Source of the DNA: Anaerolineae bacterium
GTDB taxonomy: Bacteria; Chloroflexota; Anaerolineae; Anaerolineales; UBA4823
Direction of reading: 5' to 3'
Assembly (NCBI GenBank): GCA_041301185.1
Contig: JBFYSV010000182.1
Location: 1,328-65,327, forward strand
DNA: 64,000 nt
The notes beneath the pieces were generated by a model. The model saw nothing but the letters and a program-made list of their open reading frames with translations. It did no database searches and had not been told where the DNA came from. This document shows positions 33,401 through 42,105 of this stretch, piece after piece (the first letter of the stretch is position 1; each line of letters begins with the position of its first letter). A program made the position numbers and the translations under genes.

Positions 33401-35232
33401 GGCCGGGGTGGGGGTTCCAGGGGCTCGCCGCGCAGGTAGCGGATCATCGACTGGGCAGCAGTGTGGCCGCGATCGACTGCTTCGATGACGAAAGCCGTAC
33501 CGGAGATACAGTCGCCGGCGGCGAAAACCCCCGGACGAGAGGTCGCCAGCGTATTGGGATTGATGGCGATCGTCTGGCGCTCGGTTAAACCGACATTGGC
33601 ATCCTCCGGGATAAACGCCAGACCGGCGCGCTGCCCAACTGAGAAGATGACGGTATCACAGGGAATGACATGGTTGGTGTTTGGGATCTTCTCTACTTGC
33701 AAGCGGCCGCGCTCATCGAAGCTGAAAGAGGCGACCTGCTGGCATTCGACACCGCCCACATGCCCCCAGGAGTCATCCAGGATGCGCTCAAACGTGCGGT
33801 CTGGATAGATCTTAACCCCTTCAGCTTCCGCAGCATCAACCTCCCAGACGTGGGCGGGCATCGCCGGGCGGCTTTCCAGGCAGGCGAGGTGAACCTCGCA
33901 CCCCAGGCGCACCGCGGTCCGGGCGCAATCGACGGCAACGTTCCCGCCACCCAATACCAGCACGCGCTTGCCCAGGGCGGGTGTAGCACCATTGCTTACA
34001 TCCTGGCTACTTGCGCCCTGAGCCTTAGCAGGTGAGTATTTACTCAGGCGGACGTCGCGCAGAAAGTGGGTGTTGACGATCACACCTTCCAGGTCTGCGC
34101 CGGGGATGGGCAGGCGGATGCCTTCATGGGCGCCAACCGCGATCAGCACGGCATCGAAGCCCTGCTCGAAGACCTCATCCAGATTGTCTATGCGGTGATT
34201 GAGGCGCAGGTCCATCCCCAGGTCGATGATGTCCTGAACCTCGCGCTCGATGATTTCGGTCGGCAGGCGGTACTCAGGCACGCCCAGGCGCAACATGCCG
34301 CCTGGTACAGGCATGGCTTCGAAGACAGTGACGCCGTAGCCTGCCCGGCGGATATCTTGGGCAGCGGTCAGCCCGCACGGGCCAGCGCCAATGATTGCCA
34401 CTCGCTGTTCGGATAAAAGAGGCGTGGTCTCTACCGGCTGGCGAGTCTCGGCGTAGATTTTATCGGTTACAAAGCGCTTTAGCGCCCGGATGTTGATCGG
34501 CTCATCTACCAACCCGCGATTGCAGGCGGTCTCGCAGCGGTGATTGCAGATCCGCCCGCAGATGCCCGGGAAAGGGTTATCCATTTTGATGACCCGCATG
34601 GCATCCTGCCAGCGACCTTCCCGGATCAGAGCAATATAGCCCTGAGCGCGCTGCCCGCTCGGGCAGGCATCCCGGCAGGGAGCGATGCCGCGTTTTTCAA
34701 TGGCATAGGCATTGGGGACTGCCTGCGGGTAAAGCTTATACACTGCCCGTCGTTGTGAAAGCCCTTCATTGAACTTGTCGGGAATGATGACCGGGCAGAC
34801 CTTGGCGCAATCGCCGCAGCCGATACACTTGCTGGTATCGATATAGCGCGGGTTGTGGCGCAGGTTCACGGTGAAGTTACCAGCCTGCCCGCGAATATCG
34901 AGCACCTCCGTATCGGTCATGAGCTGGATATTGGCGTGCTGCCCAACATCCACCAGCTTGGGCGAGATCGTGCACATAGCGCAGTCGTTGGTGGGGAAGG
35001 TTTTGTCCAGCTGAGCCATTTTCCCCCCAATGGCTGACTGCACTTCTACCAGGTAGACTTTAAAGCCCTGGTCCGCCAGGTCCAGGCTGGACTGCATGCC
35101 GGCGATCCCGCCGCCTACCACCATCACAGAGCCGATCACATCTTTGGAGGATGGGGCGCGGTTCTTCGTGGGGTGCAGATCACCTGCACCTCCCGGACCG
35201 GGTATGGCTGTTCCTCCTGGCGAAACGGGCAT
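30496..35232 (-). CDS. hdrA: Giant HdrA-like flavoprotein with an inserted GltD/NfnB-like NAD(P)H-binding module (1578 aa)
   Basis: The N-terminal HdrA FAD fold is VMVVGGGIAGMQSSLDLA with a ferredoxin CIGCGDCAKVCP. An insertion resembles the glutamate synthase small subunit (CRDACP...GICGRICNHRCETACNR, VAIIGAGPCGLTAA, VLVLGGGNVAVDCA, VFAAGDC). HdrA then resumes (LQCVGSRD...YCSSVCCMYAAKEA), with a second FAD fold LIVGGGAAGMNAALALA and C-terminal CVGCLTCVRICP / CHGCGSCVSECP. AGGAGA RBS before ATG 35232. Confidence 0.8.
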   Translation of the reverse strand: MPVSPGGTAIPGPGGAGDLHPTKNRAPSSKDVIGSVMVVGGGIAGMQSSLDLADQGFKVYLVEVQSAIGGKMAQLDKTFPTNDCAMCTISPKLVDVGQHANIQLMTDTEVLDIRGQAGNFTVNLRHNPRYIDTSKCIGCGDCAKVCPVIIPDKFNEGLSQRRAVYKLYPQAVPNAYAIEKRGIAPCRDACPSGQRAQGYIALIREGRWQDAMRVIKMDNPFPGICGRICNHRCETACNRGLVDEPINIRALKRFVTDKIYAETRQPVETTPLLSEQRVAIIGAGPCGLTAAQDIRRAGYGVTVFEAMPVPGGMLRLGVPEYRLPTEIIEREVQDIIDLGMDLRLNHRIDNLDEVFEQGFDAVLIAVGAHEGIRLPIPGADLEGVIVNTHFLRDVRLSKYSPAKAQGASSQDVSNGATPALGKRVLVLGGGNVAVDCARTAVRLGCEVHLACLESRPAMPAHVWEVDAAEAEGVKIYPDRTFERILDDSWGHVGGVECQQVASFSFDERGRLQVEKIPNTNHVIPCDTVIFSVGQRAGLAFIPEDANVGLTERQTIAINPNTLATSRPGVFAAGDCISGTAFVIEAVDRGHTAAQSMIRYLRGEPLEPPPRPELPVVRLSQSEIDERRGRGEIHLQRRVPMPELAVEQRRDNFHEVEGGYDDASAQAEAARCLACGVCSECMSCVFACGVNAIDHNMIGETESVPVGAVILAPGYEVYNAHLSEEYGLGRYPNVVTSLQYERMLSASGPTRGWVQRPSDGAAPKRIAFLQCVGSRDQSHDYCSSVCCMYAAKEAIMTIEHARAHAHTGNGHGEVTCQVFFMDTRAFSKGYEEYYRRAEQKYGIQYTRCRLSDVKEDPQTGNLVVRYFAPYAGASEPVQAEFDLVVLSVGMEISPRVKQLGRSLGVELDDYGFCHTTLFDPLQTSRPGIYVAGPFREPKDIPETVIEASGAAASAARILAPARHSLARTQEYPPERDISAEETRIGVFVCHCGSNIGGYLDVPDVAEYARMLPGVVHAENNLYTCSQDTIVHIIEQVKALQLNRVVVASCTPVTHEPLFQDAIRQAGLNPHLFEMANIRNQCSWVHSSDWEAATIKAKALVRMAVGKAARLEPLAISQVAVNNAALIVGGGAAGMNAALALADQGFPVHMVEREACLGGNLRHLRYFLPGSNGGQELSPREYLAQITRKVVEHPLITVHLDSELVETHGFMGNFTSTLSNGVRSLQVQHGVTIIATGGVEYKGQEYCYGQDPRILTQLEFEQLLANPGLEVDAPQSVVMIQCVGPAENFCSRLCCTTALKNALKLKEINPQAEITILYRDIRTYGFKERLYTAARRAGVRFIQYEFSRKPQVELAPSNRVSPKRPVLQPGSEITVRVWEPVLSREITIQPDLLVLSTPIIPPEGTHQLASKLKLSVDLDSFFLEAHVKLRPVDFAADGVFMAGMAHYPKFLDESIAQALAAASRAATVLSQKTMLTNARVAQVDPQKCVGCLTCVRICPYNVPRISSEATGVGKIVGAAFIEPAVCHGCGSCVSECPAQAIQLMHYTDVQMLNKLDSLFEIEARSSGFIPVESLILGVAE

Positions 35233-35272
35233 GTTTTCTCCTGTTACAAAACCTCACCGGCTATGAAAGAGC

Positions 35273-35779
35273 TTATCCGCCCCTCCGTCCACGAAAAACG
35301 ATCTCTTCATCTTCTTCGGGTGCAACTGGTTTAATTGTTGTATCTTTGCCGTTCAGCATTTTCAAGGGATTGGGACCAAGTTTGCGGATGCGCTCCGTCA
35401 TGGTTTGGGCAGCCATTGCAAAGGCATTCCCCTGGCTGCCAGACATAAAGAACATATCCAGCCGCTCCCCACCCAGCCCTATTTCATCCAGGATTTCTTT
35501 GGCTCTTGCCAGTCGGGCCTGGCCGCGCTCGTTGCCGCGCACGTGATGGCAGTTGCCGATCGGGCAGGCGATGACATACACGCCATCCGCGCCTTGCTCG
35601 AAAGCTTCCAATAGATAGCGGATATCGGTCTTGCCGGTGCAGGGCAGGCGCACAAACTTGACATTTGCCGGGTACTGGATGTGCAGCCCGCCCGCGGTAT
35701 CAGCAGCCATATAACCGCAATAGATGCAGTAAAAAGCGGTGATCTCAGGCTCGAAGGCTTTATCCATTACAGGAGACAT
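35273..35779 (-). CDS. mvhD: MvhD-like protein (Cys form)
   Basis: It contains FYCIYCGYMAADTAG, LPCTGK and ACPIGNCHH. ATG 35779 (GGAG 5 nt upstream) is preferred to the ORF-track start 35803. Confidence 0.8.
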   Translation of the reverse strand: MSPVMDKAFEPEITAFYCIYCGYMAADTAGGLHIQYPANVKFVRLPCTGKTDIRYLLEAFEQGADGVYVIACPIGNCHHVRGNERGQARLARAKEILDEIGLGGERLDMFFMSGSQGNAFAMAAQTMTERIRKLGPNPLKMLNGKDTTIKPVAPEEDEEIVFRGRRGG

Positions 35780-38700
35780 AGCTTCTCCTTCTCCGGCAGC
35801 CAACTACCTAACCCGCCGATATGTTGCAGCATGATCTGCTCATCGGTATAGTTCACCAGTTGGATGGCGTTGGCGGGACACTCGCCTGTGCAGGTTCCGC
35901 AGCCCTGGCATTGGGCAGGGTCAATATAGGCTGCTCCGCCCAGTCTGCCGACCCCGGTTCGACCCTCTTGCTGGATCACCTGGGGAATGCCAAACGGGCA
36001 GGTACGGGTACAGGTCAGGCAGCCGACACATTTCGCCGGATCGACCTCCGCCACCACACCTCCCAGGTAGAGCGAATCTCCCTGCGAGAGCAGCGTGACG
36101 GCGCGAGCCGCGGCTGCCATGGCGTGGCTGATGCTCTCCTCGATGAACTTGGGGTAGTGGGCCATCCCTGCCAGGAAAATCCCCTCGCGCATGAAATCCA
36201 TCGGTCGCAGCTTCATTTGCGCTTCGGTAAAGAATCCCTCGCTGGATAAGGGGACGCGCAGCAGGCGAGCGAGCTCGGCGGTTCCCTGTGCTGGGGAAAT
36301 CGACATGCTCAGCGGAATCAGGTCGGCAGGCAGGTCCAGCCAGCGGTCCAAGGAAAGATCGCGCACTCTGACGGTCGCCTGATCACCTTGGGTGAGGATT
36401 TCGGGTGGTTCATCGGAGGTGTAACGGATAAAGATCACTCCCAGCTGGCGAGCCTGGTTATAGTATTCTTCCCGGAATCCGTAGGTGACGATGTTTTTAT
36501 ACAGGATGCTGACATTGCAGCGTGGATTAAAGAGCTTGAGGCGGATGGCGTTTTTGATGGTGTTGGTGCAGCATACCCGCGAGCAGTAGTCCTTCTCGCC
36601 TTCAGGATGGATGCACTGGATCATCACCACGTTGCGCAAGGCGGCGATCTCGCCTGGGTTGTGGATGATTTTCTCTTCTAGCTCGCGCTGGGTGATCACG
36701 TGGGGGAGAGATAACCAGCGGTGCTCGTGACTCTCTCGCCCGCCAGTGGCGACAATCGTGACCCCGTGTTCGATATGGAAGGTTTCGGTATGACCATCTG
36801 GATAGGTGGTGCGCAAGTCTGCCTGGAAGTTACCGACATGCCCGCTATGGCGGACCAGCTCGGTGCGGATCAGCGATTGGATGCGCGCGTGAGCCCGGGT
36901 TCGGTTGATCAGGTCGCGCCCCAGGCGGCGCGGGTTGTAGCCTTCGGCAACGTAATACATGTTCTGCAAATTGCCGCCCAGCACCTCGGATCGCTCAATC
37001 AGGTGGACGTTGTAACCGCTGTCGGCGATGACCAGGGCAGCGGTCATGCCTGCCAGCCCGCCGCCGATGACCAGCGCAGACGGCAGGCACTGGTGGCGCT
37101 GCTTACGCACTTCCTGGGCAAGGCTGACCCGGCCGATCGCCACGCGCAGCATCTCCTGTGCTTTGCGGTTGGCTAGCTCGGGCTGCCAGTGGTGCGAGCG
37201 GCTGCATTGGGATTGCAGGTTGACTAGCTCGACCAGGTAAGGGTTCAATCCGGCATAGCGGATAGTGCGCTGGAACAGGGAATCATGGGTGCGGTTACTG
37301 CAAGCCGCGATCACAACCCGGTTCAAATCCATCTCGCCGATGCGCTCTTGGATGTGCTCAAGCACCTCTGGGAAGCAGGCAAACTCAACCACTTCCGATA
37401 AGACCACGCCGGGCATGCCGGCAGACTGGCGAGCCAGCTCAGGGATATCGATCACTTCTCCAATTGTCCCACCGCACGAGCAGGTGAAAACTCCCACCCG
37501 CAATGGCTGCCCGCTGACGCTCTTTTCGGGGGGCAGATCGTTAGCCGAGAGGAAAGGCCACTCACGGGTATAGGGGTAGGTGTTCAGGCGATCGTTGAGC
37601 AGGCGCATCACCTCGGCCGCCGCCCCGCTGGCATCCAGAATGGTCTCAGAGATCTCTTTGGGGGATGAGAAAGCGCCACACACAAACACACCGGAATGGG
37701 AAGTCTGCAATGGCGTGAACTTATCCGTCTTGCAGAACCCATATTCATTCAGCTCCAGGTCGAGCAGACGGGTGAAATGGCGCGCCGAGTCAGGCGGCTC
37801 CAGGCCAGTCGCCAGCACAACCATATCGAAGTGCTCCTGGCGCGGGTGCCCATTTGGATCGGCATAGTGCAAGATTAGCTCATGCGTGGTTGGATCTTCG
37901 CTGATCGCCGACACCCGGCAGCGCAAGTAGTGGATGCCATGTTGCTGGCGCGCCCGGTCGAAGTAGGAGCTGTATTCTTTGTTGAAGGCGCGCTCGTCCA
38001 TGATGAAGATACTGCAATTAGCCTTCTCGCCGAGGCGTTGTTTAGCCAGGATGGCTTCTTTGGTGGCATACATGCAGCAGATGGATGAGCAATAGGTGTT
38101 CTGCTGGTCGCGCGAGCCAATGCACTGCAACCAGGCAATGGATTGGGGCGCCTGCTGGTTAGAAGGTCTGCGCACGACCCCTTCGGTCGGACCGGAGCGG
38201 CTTGCCAGGCGCTCGTACTCCATAGCGCTCAAGACATCCGGGTAACGCCCGTAACCCAGCTCGTCAAGGCGGCGCGGGTCGTAGGTCTGGAAGCCTAACG
38301 CCAGGATGATCGCGCCGACTTCGACTGACATCAGGCGCGGCGGTTCATCCAGGTGGATGGCGTGGCTGGGGCACACCTCGACACAGCGCCCGCAATTCTC
38401 ACAGTAGGGGCCTTTATCAATCACATACACATCCGGCGCAGCCCGCGCTGCTACCTTATACGCCGCTTTGCGGGTTGCCATGCCTTGCTGGTAGCTATCC
38501 GGCAGCTCCACCGGGCAGACTTCAGCGCAGTAGCCGCAGTTGATACAGCGCGCCGGATCGACATAGCTTGGCTCCTGGCGCAGCGATACGGTGAAATCAC
38601 CCGCTTGCCCGGCGACATCCATCACGTGGGTGTTGGTCAGGATCTCGATATTGGGATGCTGGTTCTGCTGGATATAAGCCGGGGAAATAGACGGCCGGGT

Positions 38701-38964
38701 GCAGCCGTAGCCGTGATCCGGGGTGCCGCGACACAGGACGCAGTCATGTTGGGGAAACATAAAGCCGAGCTGCGCCACCCGGCCTCCCAGGCAGGGGGTG
38801 TGCTCGACCAGGTAGACTTTCAACCCAGAATCGGCTAGGTCCAGGGCGGCGCGCATCCCGCCAATGCCACCGCCAACGACCAGGGCTGCTGCAGATTTTG
38901 GTTGAAGACCGGTTATGCTGATTGGCTGCATACTCGTTTTCCCAGGTAAATGAATCAAGCGCAA
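35767..38964 (-). CDS. hdrA: HdrA-like heterodisulfide reductase subunit A flavoprotein (~1050-1070 aa)
   Basis: It contains LVVGGGIGGMRAALDLA, CINCGYCAEVCP, CENCGRCVEVCP, LQCIGSRD..YCSSICCMYATKEA, a second FAD fold LVIGGGLAGMTAALVIA, and C-terminal CVGCLTCTRTCP / CQGCGTCTGECP. The start is ambiguous: TTG 38982 (track), TTG 38964 (GGGAGGG 5 nt upstream, used here) or ATG 38931. Confidence 0.8.
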   Translation of the reverse strand: MRLIHLPGKTSMQPISITGLQPKSAAALVVGGGIGGMRAALDLADSGLKVYLVEHTPCLGGRVAQLGFMFPQHDCVLCRGTPDHGYGCTRPSISPAYIQQNQHPNIEILTNTHVMDVAGQAGDFTVSLRQEPSYVDPARCINCGYCAEVCPVELPDSYQQGMATRKAAYKVAARAAPDVYVIDKGPYCENCGRCVEVCPSHAIHLDEPPRLMSVEVGAIILALGFQTYDPRRLDELGYGRYPDVLSAMEYERLASRSGPTEGVVRRPSNQQAPQSIAWLQCIGSRDQQNTYCSSICCMYATKEAILAKQRLGEKANCSIFIMDERAFNKEYSSYFDRARQQHGIHYLRCRVSAISEDPTTHELILHYADPNGHPRQEHFDMVVLATGLEPPDSARHFTRLLDLELNEYGFCKTDKFTPLQTSHSGVFVCGAFSSPKEISETILDASGAAAEVMRLLNDRLNTYPYTREWPFLSANDLPPEKSVSGQPLRVGVFTCSCGGTIGEVIDIPELARQSAGMPGVVLSEVVEFACFPEVLEHIQERIGEMDLNRVVIAACSNRTHDSLFQRTIRYAGLNPYLVELVNLQSQCSRSHHWQPELANRKAQEMLRVAIGRVSLAQEVRKQRHQCLPSALVIGGGLAGMTAALVIADSGYNVHLIERSEVLGGNLQNMYYVAEGYNPRRLGRDLINRTRAHARIQSLIRTELVRHSGHVGNFQADLRTTYPDGHTETFHIEHGVTIVATGGRESHEHRWLSLPHVITQRELEEKIIHNPGEIAALRNVVMIQCIHPEGEKDYCSRVCCTNTIKNAIRLKLFNPRCNVSILYKNIVTYGFREEYYNQARQLGVIFIRYTSDEPPEILTQGDQATVRVRDLSLDRWLDLPADLIPLSMSISPAQGTAELARLLRVPLSSEGFFTEAQMKLRPMDFMREGIFLAGMAHYPKFIEESISHAMAAAARAVTLLSQGDSLYLGGVVAEVDPAKCVGCLTCTRTCPFGIPQVIQQEGRTGVGRLGGAAYIDPAQCQGCGTCTGECPANAIQLVNYTDEQIMLQHIGGLGSWLPEKEKLCLL

Positions 38965-39098
38965 ACCGCCCTCCCTGCTCAATGCAGAAAGGGCGGCGGC
39001 TGCGATGAAATTGCGAAGAAGCCCCCTCTATTAATCGGGTGGCTTGTTGCTATTCTGACTCGGATGGGTACCGGTCAATCATACGTTGTTATGTGATT

Positions 39099-39127
39099 AT
39101 TGTAGCAAAGGCATACCGGGGTGTCAA
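39099..39127 (-). promoter_or_regulatory. Sigma70-type promoter for the hdrA-mvhD-...-hdrCB operon
   Basis: On the minus strand: TTGACA (39127-39122), a 17-nt spacer, TACAAT (39104-39099). It sits in the 225-275 nt gap between the fdhA stop and the hdrA start. Confidence 0.6.
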
Positions 39128-39206
39128 CACGAACATATTCATACAATTTGTGTGATATTAGTCATATGTTAAGTAGATCAACCCCAATGGTGAGTGTTTG
39201 AGAAAA

Positions 39207-41369
39207 TCAATGACGACCGCGAGACAGTATCGCCTCCGGGCGAGCCAGCTCGCTACCGGCGGCTGGCTCAATCTTCACCGCACAGGCTTTGTATTCGGGA
39301 ATCTTGGCCTGCGGGTCGAGGGCGTCGATGGTCAGCAAGTTGGCGGCGGCTTCGGCAAAATGGAAGGGGATGAAGACTGCCCCCGCCGAGGTTTTGTCAG
39401 TGACGGTGGCGCGCAGCACGATGCTCCCCCGCCGGGAGGAGACCCGCACCGCCTGCCCATTGGTAATTCCAGCCAGGGTCGCGTCGGGTGGGCTGATTTC
39501 GACCCGCGCTTCGGGGTATAGCTCGTCCAGCTTGGAATGGCGGGTCATCGTGCCGCCGTGCCAGTGCTCCAGCACCCGCCCGGTGACCAGGATGAAGGGA
39601 TACTCGTCATCCGGCTGTTCGACCACCGGCACATACTCCAGCGGGTGGAACTTGCCCCTCCCGCTGGGGAAGGTCTCGGCGAACAGGAAAGGCGTGCCGG
39701 GGTGTGCCTCGTCCCAGACCGGCACCTGCAAGCCGACCTTATCAATCCGCTCGTAAGTCACCCCGGCGTAATCCGGGACGACGCTGCCCATCTCCGCCAG
39801 GATCTCCGCCGGGTGGCTGTAATCCCAGTTACCCTTGTTGGGGCGTCCCAGGCGGGCCTCGATGCGCCGCGCAAGGTCGCACAGGATCTGCCAGTCGGGG
39901 CGCGATCCGCCGCGCGGGGCGATCGCCTGGCGGACACGCTGCACGCGCCGGTCGGTGTTGGTGAAAGTGCCGTCTTTCTCCGCCCAGGAGGTGGCCGGCA
40001 AGAAGACATCCGCGAAGGCCCCCGATTCGTTAATGAACAGGTCCTGGGCGACGATGAACTCCAACTGCTGCATGTGGTGGCGGGTCAGGTTCAGGTTGGG
40101 CTCGGACATCATTGGGTTCTCGCCCATGATGTACAGTGAGCGCACGCCGCCCGGGTGGGCATTGGATAGAATCTCGGTGGTGGTCAGGCCGCGCTTTTGA
40201 TTCAGCCCGCCCGGCTCAATGTTCCAGGCGGTCTCCCATTTGGCGGCGTTCTGCGGATCGTCCACCGGCATATAGCCGGGGTAATGGTAGGGCATGCAGC
40301 CCATATCCGAAGTACCCTGAACGTTGTTCTGCCCTCGGAGTGGATTGAGACCGGTGCCCTGCCGCCCGATGTGCCCGGTGAGGAACGCCAGGTGGATCAG
40401 CGAAAGGGCGCTGGCGGTGCCGTGCGAGAGCTGCGAGATGCCCATGCCCCAGTAGATCGCTCCCCGTTCGGCGGTGGCATACATGCGCGCCGCCTGGATG
40501 ATCAGCTCCCGGTCCACGCCGGAGACGCTCTCGGCGTACTCGGGGGTGAATTTCTCCACCGAGCGGGCGAAATCCGCGTAACCCTCAGTACGCTGGTCCA
40601 CGAACTCCTGGTTAACCAACCCTTCTTTGATAATGACGTGCGCCATGGCAGTAAAGACGGGCACGTTGGTGCCTGGCTTGAGCGGCAGCCACAGCTCGGC
40701 GAGGTCGCACAGCTCCATGCGCCGCGGGTCAATGACGATCATCTTGGCGCCGTATTGCTCGACAGCTGCTTTCATCTGCAGGGCGATGATGGGGTGGTTT
40801 TCGGTGGTGTTTGAGCCGGTGACGATGAAGCAATCGTTATGGATCACTTCGGCAGCGGTGTTGCTCATCGCCGACGAAGCGATCGCCTGTTGCAGCGCCA
40901 CCACCGAGCCGGCATGGCATAAGCGGGTGCAGTGATCGACGTTGTTGGTGCGGAACAAAGATCGGTACATTTTCTGCAGCAGGTAGTTGTCTTCGTTGGT
41001 CGCCTTGGCACAGCAGTACACCGCCATCGCCTGGGGACCATCCCGGCGGTAGATCTCCACCAACCGGTCGGTGATACTATCCAGCGCTTCGTCCCAACTG
41101 GCTTCGCGCCATTCGGATAAATCAAATGCCTGGGTGCGCTGCCCTGGGGTTTGGGGTGTTTTGCGGATCAGTGGGGTCGTTACCCTTTTGGGATGGTAAA
41201 TGAAATCGTAACCAAAGCGCCCCTTGACGCACAGGTTGCCCTGGTTGACCACGCTATTGAAGGGCGATGTGACCTTGTAGATATAGTCATCCTTGACGTG
41301 CAGCTCCAGGTTGCAGCCCACGCCGCAATACGGGCAGGTGGTGGGGGTGATCTGGTCGGGAGTGATCAT
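39207..41369 (-). CDS. fdhA: Formate dehydrogenase catalytic (molybdopterin/tungstopterin) subunit, cysteine type
   Basis: 720 aa. The N-terminal [4Fe-4S] motif is [15 protein letters not shown]. The active-site region [14 protein letters not shown] has Cys where Sec-type enzymes carry U. There are molybdopterin oxidoreductase and C-terminal MopB barrel patterns. No Tat signal. Confidence 0.85.
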   Translation of the reverse strand: MITPDQITPTTCPYCGVGCNLELHVKDDYIYKVTSPFNSVVNQGNLCVKGRFGYDFIYHPKRVTTPLIRKTPQTPGQRTQAFDLSEWREASWDEALDSITDRLVEIYRRDGPQAMAVYCCAKATNEDNYLLQKMYRSLFRTNNVDHCTRLCHAGSVVALQQAIASSAMSNTAAEVIHNDCFIVTGSNTTENHPIIALQMKAAVEQYGAKMIVIDPRRMELCDLAELWLPLKPGTNVPVFTAMAHVIIKEGLVNQEFVDQRTEGYADFARSVEKFTPEYAESVSGVDRELIIQAARMYATAERGAIYWGMGISQLSHGTASALSLIHLAFLTGHIGRQGTGLNPLRGQNNVQGTSDMGCMPYHYPGYMPVDDPQNAAKWETAWNIEPGGLNQKRGLTTTEILSNAHPGGVRSLYIMGENPMMSEPNLNLTRHHMQQLEFIVAQDLFINESGAFADVFLPATSWAEKDGTFTNTDRRVQRVRQAIAPRGGSRPDWQILCDLARRIEARLGRPNKGNWDYSHPAEILAEMGSVVPDYAGVTYERIDKVGLQVPVWDEAHPGTPFLFAETFPSGRGKFHPLEYVPVVEQPDDEYPFILVTGRVLEHWHGGTMTRHSKLDELYPEARVEISPPDATLAGITNGQAVRVSSRRGSIVLRATVTDKTSAGAVFIPFHFAEAAANLLTIDALDPQAKIPEYKACAVKIEPAAGSELARPEAILSRGRH

Positions 41370-42064
41370 GGTCGCCGCCTCGTCTTTCTGGATGCCTGCA
41401 TCACTTCAGCCGGAGTATGACCTTGTTCGAGCAGCCACTCGCGGCGGGGTTTTAGCGCCCCGCTCGGGCAAACGCCCACGCACTGCCCGCAGAAGACGCA
41501 GGTAGTCTCGGGCATAGATTTGTCGAAGAAAGTACCGATCTGGGTTTCGAAGCCGCGCCCGGTGAAGTTAATCGCAAAGGTGTACTGGGCATCCTCGGCG
41601 CATACCTGCACGCAGCGCCAGCACAGCACGCACTTGGCGTAATCGCGAACGTACATTGGGTTGTCGTCGATGACGGGCGGGTCACGCCGCTCAGCGCCGG
41701 GAAAGCGTTGCGGGTCAGAATTGTACTCGGCGAGCATGGCGAGGATCTCGGGCGAGTCGGAAAGATCGACTGTGGAAGCCAGCATTTCGAAGATCGTTCG
41801 CCGGCTGCGCTCGACGCGCTCGGAACGAGTCCAGACTTTCATACCCTCACTAACTTTTGCGACGCAGGCAGCTGCCAGGACGCGGGCGCCATCGATTTCT
41901 ACCACGCAGGTGCGGCAGACGGCATTGGCGGTGGTGGCTTCGTGATAGCATACGGTGGGGATGTTGATGCCTGCCAGGTGGGCAGCTTGCAGGATGGTCG
42001 TCCCCAGGGGAACGCTGACGGTCTGCCCGTCGATCGAGATCGTAATTTCATTCATACAGGTCAA
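41366..42064 (-). CDS. Fe-S subunit equivalent to the N-terminal domain of NuoG/FdsA ([2Fe-2S] + 2x[4Fe-4S])
   Basis: 232 aa. It contains [22 protein letters not shown]...CYHE...CRTCVVEI (2Fe-2S), then [11 protein letters not shown] and [16 protein letters not shown]. The stop overlaps the fdhA start (ATGA). Confidence 0.8.
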   Translation of the reverse strand: MTCMNEITISIDGQTVSVPLGTTILQAAHLAGINIPTVCYHEATTANAVCRTCVVEIDGARVLAAACVAKVSEGMKVWTRSERVERSRRTIFEMLASTVDLSDSPEILAMLAEYNSDPQRFPGAERRDPPVIDDNPMYVRDYAKCVLCWRCVQVCAEDAQYTFAINFTGRGFETQIGTFFDKSMPETTCVFCGQCVGVCPSGALKPRREWLLEQGHTPAEVMQASRKTRRRP

Positions 42065-42105
42065 ATATCCATAAGAGTGATTGGAGCGAGCACGAGGATG
42101 GGATT

